In this document: positions 39,887 to 49,702 of the stretch, one piece after another | How the letters are laid out: each line of letters begins with the position of its first letter | Position numbering within the stretch: position 1 is the first letter of the stretch | From: Planctomycetota bacterium | GTDB lineage: Bacteria > Planctomycetota > UBA11346 | NCBI GenBank assembly: GCA_016745075.1 | Contig: JADGDD010000002.1 | Span: forward strand, 2,034 to 66,033 | Length of the DNA stretch: 64,000 nucleotides | Direction of reading: 5' to 3' | Program-made: the position numbers and the translations under genes | The notes under the pieces: generated by a model | Told to the model about the DNA's origin: nothing | The model's input: the letters and a program-made list of their open reading frames with translations, nothing else | Database searches by the model: none

Positions 39887-42184
39887 ATGTGGAAGAGTTT
39901 GTGTCTATTCTGTATGCTGCTGCAGAGCGTGTTACCGCACATACATGCTGCGCAAACGGTGATAAGCGCAGATATTCAATTACAGAGCCCACTGACAACG
40001 GTGTATTATGCTGAAGGCACAGCAGCATTTTTATCTCCGTATGCAGAATCTGTGTCATGCTCGGTATTAATACCGGAAGATGCGCCAGATGATATTGGTA
40101 TAGGTTTGGTTGTGGCCGATGCCACAGGACGTTGGTATCAAATTCCCCATGTTGGTCGTTTAGCATCAGGTCGCCATGATCTGGTTTTTTCGCTTCAGGC
40201 AGAATCAGCGTTACTGAGTGAGCCGGATAAAGTTGCGTGGTCTACCCATGCCTTAGCACGTTCGTCTCAATGTGGTTTGTTTTTATGGTCGAGTGAATCT
40301 TCTCAGGCAACAATACGCTTACTTTCTTTTGTTGTGCAGAATAAACAGTTACTCAGTAAGGTGCCGCAGGTTTTAACTGATTTAGAGATGGATGGCTATG
40401 ATACAACAACAGCATCTTGTCGGTGGCACACAGGCCAGCGTTGGGAAGTACATGTGCGGCCAAGTCTCTTGCCAAATAACCCTTATGACCCGAATGAATT
40501 TGCTCTCGATGCGCAGATCCGTACTCCACAGGGAGAAACTATTCGTGTGCCAGGTTTTTATAAACAGCCAATGGAGCTTTGTGATCGAGGTGATACAGAA
40601 ACGGCTCATCCAACTGGTGTTGGTGCCTTTTGTGTGCGGTATCGACCACCAGTGGCAGGCACATATCATATAACACTGGAGTCTCACTCAAAAAACCAGT
40701 CAGCTAGCCAGATGGCATTGCCGCCTGTTATTGTTAGTGGTGAACCGTGGAATGAATATATTCATGTAGACCCACAGGATAGCCGTTTTTATAGCATTGG
40801 CACTGATAACCGTTTTCATTGGCCCGTCTCATTAAATTTACGTTCAATAACGGATAAACGTAGTCAACAGAATATGGCAACGAAACCAACTATCCATCGA
40901 GGAATAGCAAGTTATCAAGCGTATTTAGATCGTTTTGCCCAAGCAGATGGCAATCTTGCGGAAGTGTGGATGAGCGGTTGGAACCTTGGTCTTGAGTGGA
41001 ACCCATGGTCAGTGAAAAACGGAAAGCGTGAAAAATATCCAGGGTACTTTGGTGTGGGCCGTTATCACGAAGGCAATGCGCATCGATTAGATCGTCTGCT
41101 TGATATGGCATGGGAACGAAATGTTCGTATTTTATTAGTCAGCAATCATCATGGTCAATTGTCTACCAGAGTAGATGCAGAATGGTGCGACAACCCACAT
41201 AATATTCGTAACGGCGGGAACTTAAAACGGGCCGAATATTTTTTCAAAGATGCGGATTCATTACGGCATCAACGCAGCTTGACGAGATATATCATAGCAC
41301 GATATGCAGATCATCCCGCGGTTTTCGCATGGAAAATATTTACTGAGGTAGATTTAACAGATCTTGGTTGGGATGCTCGTAATAAACGCCGAATGAATCC
41401 ACTTTTAGCAGAGTGGCATAAAGAGACAGCGGCCTATTGGTCTAAAACGGATGTGTATAACCATCCAGTGTGTACCCATTGGAGTACCGATTATCGAATG
41501 GTTTATGCAGATACTGCTTCGTTATCTGGTATCCAAAGTTTGTGTATAGATGCCTATCATGATAAACATCGTTCATTGGCAGAATTATTATACGAAAGCA
41601 TGAGTAACCCACGGCGAGGATTACAAAAATATAATAAGCCGATATTAGTGACGGAATATGGAGGTTCTCCACATGGTGCAGCTCAGGCACAAATGCATGC
41701 GGAACACAGCTTTGGTGCATGGGCCGCACTGGTGTCTGGGCATGCTGGCGCACCGATGTTGTGGTGGTACGAATGGGTTGATCAAAATAATTATTGGCAG
41801 CCCTATAAAGCGATTGCGGCATTTATAAAAGGTGAAGACTTACGCAGTAGCACAAACAAAAGTTTTTGTGCGAAACTACAAACAGAAGGAGCAGGGCGTC
41901 AAGCATTGTGGACCCGTGCGTGGGTTCAGCCAGGTGCATTGATCCTTGGTTACACTTTGGATTTGAAATGGAGTGCGAAGGGTAGTGTACAGACAGATAG
42001 TTTTTCTGGAGTAAAAATTGTTATTACCAAAAATGCACGTGCGGGTCATATGCGGATAGAATGGTGGGACCCAGATACCGGAATATGCCGAACACAAGAA
42101 GATTTTCATCATCCAGGTGGAGCATTAACGTTGAAAGCCCCTAGCTTTTCTCACCATCTCGCATTCAAATTACGGCGAAAATAA
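39887..42184 (+). CDS. Secreted clan GH-A (GH5-like TIM-barrel) glycoside-hydrolase-like protein with N-terminal beta-sandwich domain (DUF5060/DUF4038-like architecture)
   Basis: Signal peptide MWKSLCLFCMLLQSVLPHIHAAQ. Putative acid/base region AWKIFTEVD. Putative nucleophile VTEYGG (the GH5 I/VTE-x-G pattern). 765 aa. Confidence 0.55.
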   Translation: MWKSLCLFCMLLQSVLPHIHAAQTVISADIQLQSPLTTVYYAEGTAAFLSPYAESVSCSVLIPEDAPDDIGIGLVVADATGRWYQIPHVGRLASGRHDLVFSLQAESALLSEPDKVAWSTHALARSSQCGLFLWSSESSQATIRLLSFVVQNKQLLSKVPQVLTDLEMDGYDTTTASCRWHTGQRWEVHVRPSLLPNNPYDPNEFALDAQIRTPQGETIRVPGFYKQPMELCDRGDTETAHPTGVGAFCVRYRPPVAGTYHITLESHSKNQSASQMALPPVIVSGEPWNEYIHVDPQDSRFYSIGTDNRFHWPVSLNLRSITDKRSQQNMATKPTIHRGIASYQAYLDRFAQADGNLAEVWMSGWNLGLEWNPWSVKNGKREKYPGYFGVGRYHEGNAHRLDRLLDMAWERNVRILLVSNHHGQLSTRVDAEWCDNPHNIRNGGNLKRAEYFFKDADSLRHQRSLTRYIIARYADHPAVFAWKIFTEVDLTDLGWDARNKRRMNPLLAEWHKETAAYWSKTDVYNHPVCTHWSTDYRMVYADTASLSGIQSLCIDAYHDKHRSLAELLYESMSNPRRGLQKYNKPILVTEYGGSPHGAAQAQMHAEHSFGAWAALVSGHAGAPMLWWYEWVDQNNYWQPYKAIAAFIKGEDLRSSTNKSFCAKLQTEGAGRQALWTRAWVQPGALILGYTLDLKWSAKGSVQTDSFSGVKIVITKNARAGHMRIEWWDPDTGICRTQEDFHHPGGALTLKAPSFSHHLAFKLRRK

Positions 42185-42191
42185 GCTGGTT

Positions 42192-43541
42192 ATGTTGCGT
42201 GTTATTTGTGGCGGCTTGTGTTGTTTTTTAATTGTAAGTTATTGGTCTGCTTGGGAACGTTCGGATGCGGCCGTATCATTATCAGATGGAACTGCTCTAA
42301 GCCCGCTAACCGATATTTTTGATCCACAGACGCAACCTTTTGCCTTTACCATTCCACATCTTCCACCAGTGCCAGGACTGGCCGGTATACGTGCTGTGGA
42401 CTGTGGTGTGTGTCATGTAACTATTTATCAAGATTGGAAAAAAAGCACACACGCAGCTGCTCTACATGATGTACAGTTTCAAGCAGAAATAACAAAGCCA
42501 GACAGCCCAAAGTGGTTATGTCTAAATTGTCATATTCCGTTATCCGATCAGCGAGCGAAAACAGTAAGTGGCTTACATAATGGGGATGTACTTAAGCCAG
42601 CATATCAAGAAAACCCACATTTTGATAAAGTATTAGAGCAGGAAGCTATTACATGTGCATCCTGCCATGTTCGTACAGATGATGGTAAGACATCGTATAT
42701 TATTGGTAGCAATGCATCAAAAATTTCTCCACATCCTGTTCGCCAAAACCCAGAAGCCTTGCGGAATATTTGTCAGCGTTGCCATAATCCGCAGGGCGAC
42801 GCTATTACTCCAAATTTATTATGCTGGTTTACGACAACAGATGAGTTGGCAAAAAGTGCTGTCGATAAAGATTGTGTGGATTGTCATATGCCAGAAGAAG
42901 AGCGGGTACTCGTAGAGATTTTAGAAAATATGCCAACGCGCCCAATGAATCGTCATCATTGGGTTGGTGGCGGTATTCCCAAAACACAGGCTGGTTATGC
43001 TCATATACATGAACGTGGCTATAAACCAGGTGTGCAGATAGAAACAACAGCAGTACAGCGTCTTGAAGAAGAGCTTCAATTGGAAGTGCAGGTACGTGCA
43101 GATGCTGGCCATGCTGTGCCAAGTGGAGACCCAGAACGATATGTGCAAATTATAGTACTGTTAGCTGATAAGGCCGGACAGGTTCTTCAGGAGCATCAAT
43201 ACCGTATCGGTCAAACATGGACGTGGAATCCAGCGAAAAAAGTAGGTGATAACCGATTAGCCCATAATGAAAGCCGGACTTATATTCCGGTATTTGATGT
43301 GAGACAAGAGGCGGTATCTATTCGTATAGAGGCGAAGTTGGTGCGTTTAAGCAAAGAAAATGCTGCATATATGGCAACGCAAGCACATCGTATAGATGAA
43401 GACCTTTTGCCAGATGGAAAAAAACGAGTGGCAAATATGTTGATGACTTATCCGCGAGAAACAATCTTTTACCAAAAAATAATTATGCTGGAAGACGGTG
43501 TAGAAAAATTAACACCCTTACAGGAATTACTCGTCCCATAA
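42192..43541 (+). CDS. Membrane-anchored pentaheme c-type cytochrome
   Basis: Five CxxCH motifs (CGVCH, CLNCH, CASCH, CQRCH, CVDCH at aa 71-232). N-terminal hydrophobic anchor. A 220-aa heme-free C-terminal domain. Starts 8 bp after the GH-A-like gene. Confidence 0.75.
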   Translation: MLRVICGGLCCFLIVSYWSAWERSDAAVSLSDGTALSPLTDIFDPQTQPFAFTIPHLPPVPGLAGIRAVDCGVCHVTIYQDWKKSTHAAALHDVQFQAEITKPDSPKWLCLNCHIPLSDQRAKTVSGLHNGDVLKPAYQENPHFDKVLEQEAITCASCHVRTDDGKTSYIIGSNASKISPHPVRQNPEALRNICQRCHNPQGDAITPNLLCWFTTTDELAKSAVDKDCVDCHMPEEERVLVEILENMPTRPMNRHHWVGGGIPKTQAGYAHIHERGYKPGVQIETTAVQRLEEELQLEVQVRADAGHAVPSGDPERYVQIIVLLADKAGQVLQEHQYRIGQTWTWNPAKKVGDNRLAHNESRTYIPVFDVRQEAVSIRIEAKLVRLSKENAAYMATQAHRIDEDLLPDGKKRVANMLMTYPRETIFYQKIIMLEDGVEKLTPLQELLVP

Positions 43542-45476
43542 ATTGTCTGCGTTGGTTGTCCAAGCAATGGTTTGTTGTGGATGCTGCTGCATCCATTCAA
43601 TAACAGAACTGCGGCATTTCGGTGGTTGTAAGGTAATAAGACGGCGCAGTGCTTCTTTTGCAACCCGTGTATTGCTATCGTGTAAAAGGGGTAGGCAATG
43701 GTGAACGGTTTCTGGGTGGAGGCCTAGTAAGCGGCAGCCCAGCCAACGAAGAGAGGCATTGGGTGAGGAGAGTAATTCTTTGATTAATGTATAGCGATTT
43801 TCTGCACGTGTGTGCTGATGCCATTCCCATTGTGACCAACGTGCAGCATATATATTAGCTTCTCTAAAAGTGAGTGGTGTGCTTGCGGTACAGAGGGAAT
43901 GAATGTGATCGACACGTTGTTGATGAACACGGCGATCCATCTCTTCATGTGCTTCGATCTGTCGGTCAATGCGGGCAAGATCTTCTGGTCGTGCATGTTC
44001 GCCAGCAAGTGCTTGTTGTATACGAGCTGTTTTGGTCCAGCCACGCCTAGCAGCAAGTATGGCATAATTAATATGTGCATCGGCTAATTGTTGGCTGAGT
44101 AGCTGGTTTTGCTGCTGTAGGGCTTGTGCACCTTCGAGTAATGTAATTTGTTTGGTTGCTTCGGCACTGGTTGTGGCGTGGATGCCCTCTGCCTGTTGTC
44201 GGTAATTTTGAGCGACGCGGAGGCGTTCACTATGCAATTGGCGTTGTTCATTCCACATATAAGCTGGCCATGCAAGGACGATAGCACTTAATATGCAGGC
44301 AAGGGTAATGGTTTGCCAGCGAACCGATTCTAAATGATAAGAATGTCTTTTTTGTCGCGTGTAGGCTTGGGTATAGGTTTGAAGTAATTCATCATTGTTA
44401 TGTTGTTTTAATAATAATCCTGCAATATGGATATCATCAGATTCTAATGCTGTTTTAATGAACTCTTCGCGGATGGTATGTTGGCGTTGTTTGCGTTCAG
44501 CGGTTGGATATAAAGTGATGCTATTTGCACAGGCGACCAGTGCGGCACGATAAGCCGCGTATTTGAGTTGGCCGTGAGCGGCAATTGTTGTACTGTGGTT
44601 TGTTTGATTGCGTTTGTAGTTAGCTTGGCGAGCCAATTGTAACTGTTCTTGCGCATGTACATCATTGGCTGCGGCGCGTCCACCTAGGCGCAAATGTTGT
44701 TGCCACGCCCGCAAATCTTCGGCAAAGTCTTCAATGCTTCCCCGCTGTTTGGGATCTGTATGGCCAGCTCGTTGGAGGAGGTTTGTTAAAAATGGGTCGT
44801 CATATTGTGGCTGTGGCCATGCATTATCCCATGCAGCATCTAAGGTTTCTTCTAATGTCGGTCGTGTAAAGGGAAATTGTTTGGTGTGTAGCCACCACAG
44901 TAAGCAGGCCATTTGAAAAACATCACTGGCTGGAGTAGCTGGGTCATGTCGTAATATTTCAGGTGGGCAATGTTCCGCAGAGATAATGTTCCAGTTTTGT
45001 GCTGTTTCACCATATTCACTGGTGCAGTGCCAGCGGTCTAACCATACGGCACCATCGGGTCTTACAATAATACTTTGCGGATGAACAGCACGGTGGATAA
45101 TCCCTTGTTCATGAGTAAACGCGAGCGCTTCACAGATAGATAATAAAACAGAAATAATTCGATCACTGTCTTCTTGAACATCTACGTGTTCCATGTATTC
45201 CTGTAAGGTGGTATCATTTCTGCTACAATGAACGATAACCGCATTATTATGAATGTCGTAGACGGGAAGAATATTTGGATGTTCTAAGGCTGCTTGAATT
45301 CGATAGCGTTCTAAAAAAATAGGGCGGTCATGGGTTCTTAAACATTCACGTACAGAGGCACGGCGTTGTAGTGCGTGTTGTTTAATTGGATACTCATGAA
45401 GAGGAATATTTGTGGAATCGTGTTCCAAATAGCTGTGCCACATATCGAGCAATTTATTCTTCATAGAGTGCTCCAT
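43527..45476 (-). CDS. Membrane pseudokinase (degenerate Hanks kinase-like domain, TM, HEAT-like repeats)
   Basis: Kinase-like fold is recognisable (LEHPNILPVYDI, IIHRAVHPQSIIV, VWLDRWHCT, EHCPPE). Catalytic Asp (HRD to HRA), DFG (to DRW), Gly-loop and VAIK Lys are all absent. TM ITLACILSAIVLAWPAYMW. Start chosen to limit the overlap with the upstream gene. Confidence 0.65.
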   Translation of the reverse strand: MEHSMKNKLLDMWHSYLEHDSTNIPLHEYPIKQHALQRRASVRECLRTHDRPIFLERYRIQAALEHPNILPVYDIHNNAVIVHCSRNDTTLQEYMEHVDVQEDSDRIISVLLSICEALAFTHEQGIIHRAVHPQSIIVRPDGAVWLDRWHCTSEYGETAQNWNIISAEHCPPEILRHDPATPASDVFQMACLLWWLHTKQFPFTRPTLEETLDAAWDNAWPQPQYDDPFLTNLLQRAGHTDPKQRGSIEDFAEDLRAWQQHLRLGGRAAANDVHAQEQLQLARQANYKRNQTNHSTTIAAHGQLKYAAYRAALVACANSITLYPTAERKQRQHTIREEFIKTALESDDIHIAGLLLKQHNNDELLQTYTQAYTRQKRHSYHLESVRWQTITLACILSAIVLAWPAYMWNEQRQLHSERLRVAQNYRQQAEGIHATTSAEATKQITLLEGAQALQQQNQLLSQQLADAHINYAILAARRGWTKTARIQQALAGEHARPEDLARIDRQIEAHEEMDRRVHQQRVDHIHSLCTASTPLTFREANIYAARWSQWEWHQHTRAENRYTLIKELLSSPNASLRWLGCRLLGLHPETVHHCLPLLHDSNTRVAKEALRRLITLQPPKCRSSVIEWMQQHPQQTIAWTTNADNLWDE

Positions 45477-47688
45477 ATGTTTGTCTGAGACTGCGACCAG
45501 TAGCACGCCATAATCGTGCGCGTTGAGCCGCTTCACGAACAGCTTCCCACACATTGGTTTCAAGTGGCTCTAAAAACTGTTCTGTCGAAATATCTAAGCG
45601 TCGAGCAATAATGGCTGCCGCAACACATAATTGTCGTTGTCTACCTTTTTCGAGGAAGACGGTAAGCGCTTCTTCTACGTCATCATGTGGCCATTGCAGT
45701 ATTGTCAGTAAGGCTTGTTCAGTACCATCTGTCTGGGTGTCGCATAGGGTGAAGTAGGTATCAATTCGTTTTTGTAATGGAGCATGTCCAGCATTGAGTG
45801 CGGCTTGTTCAATCATGGTACGTAATTGCTGGCAGAGTGTTGTGGGTGCACCATACCGTTCAGCAGCATGTGTGTGCAGCGTTGCCTGCTCGTAAAGAGC
45901 ATTGTCACAGGTCCATGTGGCATAGGCCGCACAGGTTTCTGCAAGAAACTCATGAATACGTTCTGAGTGAGGGTCTAAGCCAAGGGCACGCCGTCCTGCC
46001 TGAAGGCGAATTTCAAAACCATTGCTGGGGTCATCCATATCAATGATATAGGACATGTTTGGAGTGTGTTCTAAAATATCAGAAACTTCAGCACTACGAT
46101 GTTTTCTTAAGCGCGTATCGGTTGCACGCATATACCACATAAAACCGGAGCTGACGCAAATGACGGCACCAACTAATATACTTAAGCCCCATTGAATACG
46201 ACGAACGCGTTTATGTTGATTTATGCGTTTTTCTCGGGCGGCACTACAATATTCTTGAAGGCTGTGTTTGTTAGCTGTGTTTGGTAAAGAGGGTAATATG
46301 GCGTTTGCTAGTTCAACATTTCCGTCATTGGCAACGCGTCGAACAAAAGCACACTCAGCTTGTTCGCATTCTTGCTGAAGGGGTTTGTTTTTATGACATA
46401 ACGCAACCGCTTGATGATAGCATGACAGGGATTGTTCTAATAATGCATAGCAGGCTTGTTCATCATTTGTTTCTTCTGCCTGTTGTTGAGCTTTTCGTGC
46501 TTGGTTACGTAGTTCAGTGCTGCGTTTGTGCCGGCTAATGTTACTACGCGCACGTTGAAGTTGGCGTGTAAGTTTTTCCATACTGCCGCGTTGGGCAGGG
46601 TCACTATGCATAATCTGTTGTTGGAGGGTAATAAGATGGGCAGGGATATCTTCGTGCGCTTCTTGTAGTGGCGGATAAGTATTATGCGCAGCGGCATGGA
46701 TCATATCTGCAAATGTAAAAGAAGTGAACGGTGCATGGCCAGTAAGCATGCGATATAATAATGAGCCGACTAAAAAAATATCTGAAGCTGGGCCAATCCG
46801 ATGTTGCTCTGCACGGGCCATTTCTGGAGCCATGTATGATGGTGTGCCTGCGGCAGCGGTAAGGTCGTTGAGCAAAGGAGCCGGGATGGATGACTGCTCA
46901 TCGTGACGAACGGCAATACCCCAGTCCATAACCAGTACCTCACCATATTCTCCAACCATAATATTACCCGGTTTAATATCACGATGGATAATGCCATGTT
47001 TATGAGCATGGTTGAGAGCGAGGGTGATTTTGATGAGGATGGCGAGGCATTGGGAAATATAATTGTCATCTTCTCTGTGGTCATCCATCCAGTCATAGAG
47101 ATCCGTGCCAATAATTCGTTTTAAAACAAGATAGTCACTGCCAGCATCATAAATAGGAATAATATTGGGATGGGCGAGGCGGGCGGTTATTTGTGCTTCG
47201 TTCACAAATGATTCAGAAATGTTTTTTTCCTCAGATTGATCTTGATGGACGACTTTCATCGCAACCATGCGCCCGAGCAATTGTTGTTCTGCCAGAAACA
47301 CCTCGCCCATGCCACCACGACCAAGACTGTCACAAATGAAGTATTTTTTGCCAACTGCATTTTGTGCGGTGGTGCCTGTTACTGCTCGGAAACAGCCGCC
47401 ATCAACGGTTTCATCATCTTCACCTGTTTGTGCAGCTCTGGTTCTGCTTGGACGTATGGTGCGAGTGTCTTGTTCTGGATTGGCGGTAAGCACGTGCGTC
47501 CAGTGAGTACCAACTCGTGATAGTGATTTAGGATATAGCGTTTGGTCGCCATGGTCTGAGTTTAGAGAAGAGTCCTGTTCGGCTTGCACCGTAGCAATGG
47601 CATCATGCCAGAGTGGTGAGATCGCTGCTGTCGTCTCTTCGTGTGGTTCATGCTCGTTTGAGCGTCTCTGCTTGTTTCGTCCTGACAC
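45454..47688 (-). CDS. Membrane Hanks-type Ser/Thr protein kinase (active-site motifs intact)
   Basis: GRGGMGEVFLA…AMKVV, HRDIKPGNIMV, DWGIA, GTPSYMAPE. One TM (LSILVGAVICVSSGFMWYM). About 200-aa extracytoplasmic C-terminal domain. Confidence 0.85.
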   Translation of the reverse strand: MSGRNKQRRSNEHEPHEETTAAISPLWHDAIATVQAEQDSSLNSDHGDQTLYPKSLSRVGTHWTHVLTANPEQDTRTIRPSRTRAAQTGEDDETVDGGCFRAVTGTTAQNAVGKKYFICDSLGRGGMGEVFLAEQQLLGRMVAMKVVHQDQSEEKNISESFVNEAQITARLAHPNIIPIYDAGSDYLVLKRIIGTDLYDWMDDHREDDNYISQCLAILIKITLALNHAHKHGIIHRDIKPGNIMVGEYGEVLVMDWGIAVRHDEQSSIPAPLLNDLTAAAGTPSYMAPEMARAEQHRIGPASDIFLVGSLLYRMLTGHAPFTSFTFADMIHAAAHNTYPPLQEAHEDIPAHLITLQQQIMHSDPAQRGSMEKLTRQLQRARSNISRHKRSTELRNQARKAQQQAEETNDEQACYALLEQSLSCYHQAVALCHKNKPLQQECEQAECAFVRRVANDGNVELANAILPSLPNTANKHSLQEYCSAAREKRINQHKRVRRIQWGLSILVGAVICVSSGFMWYMRATDTRLRKHRSAEVSDILEHTPNMSYIIDMDDPSNGFEIRLQAGRRALGLDPHSERIHEFLAETCAAYATWTCDNALYEQATLHTHAAERYGAPTTLCQQLRTMIEQAALNAGHAPLQKRIDTYFTLCDTQTDGTEQALLTILQWPHDDVEEALTVFLEKGRQRQLCVAAAIIARRLDISTEQFLEPLETNVWEAVREAAQRARLWRATGRSLRQTYGALYEE

Positions 47689-47706
47689 GATTCTAGACTG
47701 GATCAG

Positions 47707-48168
47707 ATGCTCGTTCTTGCAAGCTTTCTACTGCCCGGCACTGGGCTCATTTGGCAGGGTCGTACCCTGCTGGGGTGCCTCTTACTCGCGCTGGCTATGC
47801 TTGGTGCGCTTGTTGTTGTGGTGAGCACGCTCATTTTCACTGGTGATATTCGTCTTATAGGGGTCCAAAGTGGCGCAATCGTGTTTGCGGCCTGTGCATT
47901 TCTCTCAGGAGTCTGTTACCTGTTTATGATGCGTTCAAGTACACTGGATGAGGATCACCTGCAAGAATTAAGTCGGCAAACCTACCGAGCGCATATCTTG
48001 GGTCATACTGCCGAAGCGGTGAATCAGGCGCGTATTATCTGTAAACACAGGCGGCAAGATCAAGATGCATGGGAACTTCTCGTTCTGTGCGCAGAAAGTG
48101 CCGGAGAACAGGCTCTGGTGAAGCGAGCTAAACGCCGCATACGTTCCATACGCAACCAGCTTTCGTAA
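47707..48168 (+). CDS. Small membrane protein with TPR-like C-terminus
   Basis: Three predicted TM helices. 153 aa. Divergent from the kinase gene. Confidence 0.45.
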   Translation: MLVLASFLLPGTGLIWQGRTLLGCLLLALAMLGALVVVVSTLIFTGDIRLIGVQSGAIVFAACAFLSGVCYLFMMRSSTLDEDHLQELSRQTYRAHILGHTAEAVNQARIICKHRRQDQDAWELLVLCAESAGEQALVKRAKRRIRSIRNQLS

Positions 48169-48259
48169 GTAATGCGTATCACTCCTCTTTTGGAGAGAAC
48201 CACTGTCCGGATTGCGGAAGGCCCTAGCATCTTTCATAGTAGAGGTAGACTGAGAGCCT

Positions 48260-49687
48260 ATGAGTAAACTGCGCATTCGTAATGGCCCGTATAATGGCCG
48301 AGAAATCACATTGGCAGAAGAACCTGTGACCGTTGGTCGTGATGCCGAGGCAACAGTTCAAATTTTGGACCGTAGTGCCAGTCGTGTACATGCGGAAGTT
48401 TTTCCAGTTGGTGGCATGTACTTTGTTCGTGATTTAGATTCAAAAAATGGTACACTTATCAACGATACGGCACTTACTGACGAAGAATTGTTGCGTGAAG
48501 GTGATGTCATTAAGATAGGCTCTACCGAGTTAGCTTACGAAAGTGGTATTGCACTCGCAGAAGAAGAGAGCCACGATCGCATCGCTTATGATGACGAATT
48601 GCAATTGGTGAATACCATCGAATTCCGTATCGATGATTTGTCTGATATTGAAGACGAGCAGGATCAAAAAGACAAAGAGGGCCAAGAGGCGCGTTCTTTG
48701 CGGATTCTGTATCAAATTAGTAAACTCTTATCTAATCCAGATAGTGTGGATGCCTGTGCCGAAGCGATGGATTTCCTTATTGCCGCCATGCCAGCAGATA
48801 ATGCTATTGTTTTTCTGCGTCAAGGTGCCAGCAATAAATTAGTGCCCAAAGCTGTGCGGTCGTCTAATCAATGGTCGCAACCGGTTATTGCCCGTAGTAT
48901 TATCAAGCGTACGCTAAGTGAGAATCGTGCTGTCTTAACCGAAAATGCTAAGGAAGATTCTCGCTTTAAGCGCAATCAAAGCGTTTCTATTAATGATATT
49001 CGTTCGGTGATTTGTGTGCCTGTTACCATTAAAGGCAGCACACGAGGTGTCTTGTATTTATCACGTGGTGGTGGCATAGCGCCTTTTCAACACGAAGATT
49101 TAGAGCTGCTTTCCGCTTGCGCCGTTCAATTAGGGCTTTTCTTCATGATTGCAGACCAAGTTGTAGCGCAACAGAAATCCTCATGGGAGATGCTCTGCAC
49201 CTTAGTGTCTTGTATGGAGTCTGGTACAGATGCCGTCACACGTGGTAAACGAACAGCGCAAATAGCATCGTTGCTTTCTCGTAAATTACACCTCAACGAA
49301 CGCAGCCGACGTACGGTTAGGCAGGCAAGTCTTCTCTATCATGCCTGTGCCCTACGAAACAGTAAGGGAGCTGATGGTGCGACTAGTGAAGAGAGTCTCG
49401 AAAAATTAAATAGCTCAACGGTCTTTGAAGGTGTTGCTGATTTAATTGTGGCAGCGAACGAGCGTCTTGATGGCACTGGTCCAGCGGGTATGACAGAAGA
49501 AGAACTTCAAACAGAAGGGCGATTAGTTGCTGTTGCCGTTGCATTTGAAGCAGCGATTTACAAACAGCCACTGACCGCCATCCCAGATGTATTGGTGGAT
49601 ATTGGACAAAACGAAGGCCTCGATCAACATATTGTGACGGCTCTTTCGTCCCTGCATGTAGATGGCAAGCTTATTCAAGAAAATTGA
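48260..49687 (+). CDS. FHA domain – GAF domain – degenerate HD-GYP-like domain protein
   Basis: FHA core (VTVGRDAEATVQILDRSASRVHAEV…YFVRDLDSKNGTLIN). Acidic linker. GAF-like block (…VICVPVTIKGSTRGVLYLS…). C-terminal region resembles HD-GYP but lacks the catalytic residues (SLLYHACAL for LLHDIGK, ANERLDGTGPAGMT for HHERxDGSGYP). Confidence 0.65.
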   Translation: MSKLRIRNGPYNGREITLAEEPVTVGRDAEATVQILDRSASRVHAEVFPVGGMYFVRDLDSKNGTLINDTALTDEELLREGDVIKIGSTELAYESGIALAEEESHDRIAYDDELQLVNTIEFRIDDLSDIEDEQDQKDKEGQEARSLRILYQISKLLSNPDSVDACAEAMDFLIAAMPADNAIVFLRQGASNKLVPKAVRSSNQWSQPVIARSIIKRTLSENRAVLTENAKEDSRFKRNQSVSINDIRSVICVPVTIKGSTRGVLYLSRGGGIAPFQHEDLELLSACAVQLGLFFMIADQVVAQQKSSWEMLCTLVSCMESGTDAVTRGKRTAQIASLLSRKLHLNERSRRTVRQASLLYHACALRNSKGADGATSEESLEKLNSSTVFEGVADLIVAANERLDGTGPAGMTEEELQTEGRLVAVAVAFEAAIYKQPLTAIPDVLVDIGQNEGLDQHIVTALSSLHVDGKLIQEN

Positions 49688-49702
49688 TCTGTTTTTTATT
49701 GT

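Noticed and set aside
42192-43541. Calling the pentaheme protein NrfA (nitrite reductase) or TorC/NapC outright
   Set aside because: Heme number fits NrfA, but all five sites are CxxCH and cluster in the N-terminal 230 aa with NapC-unlike spacing (39/45/39/34). I cannot match signature Ca/Lys-ligand residues by eye, so I left it as a generic pentaheme cytochrome.
45454-45563. A 110-bp overlap between the kinase and pseudokinase genes, as a sign of gene fusion or programmed frameshift
   Set aside because: The downstream ORF has several in-frame internal starts (45476, 45464, 45443) that remove most or all of the overlap. A frame analysis gives no evidence for fusion.
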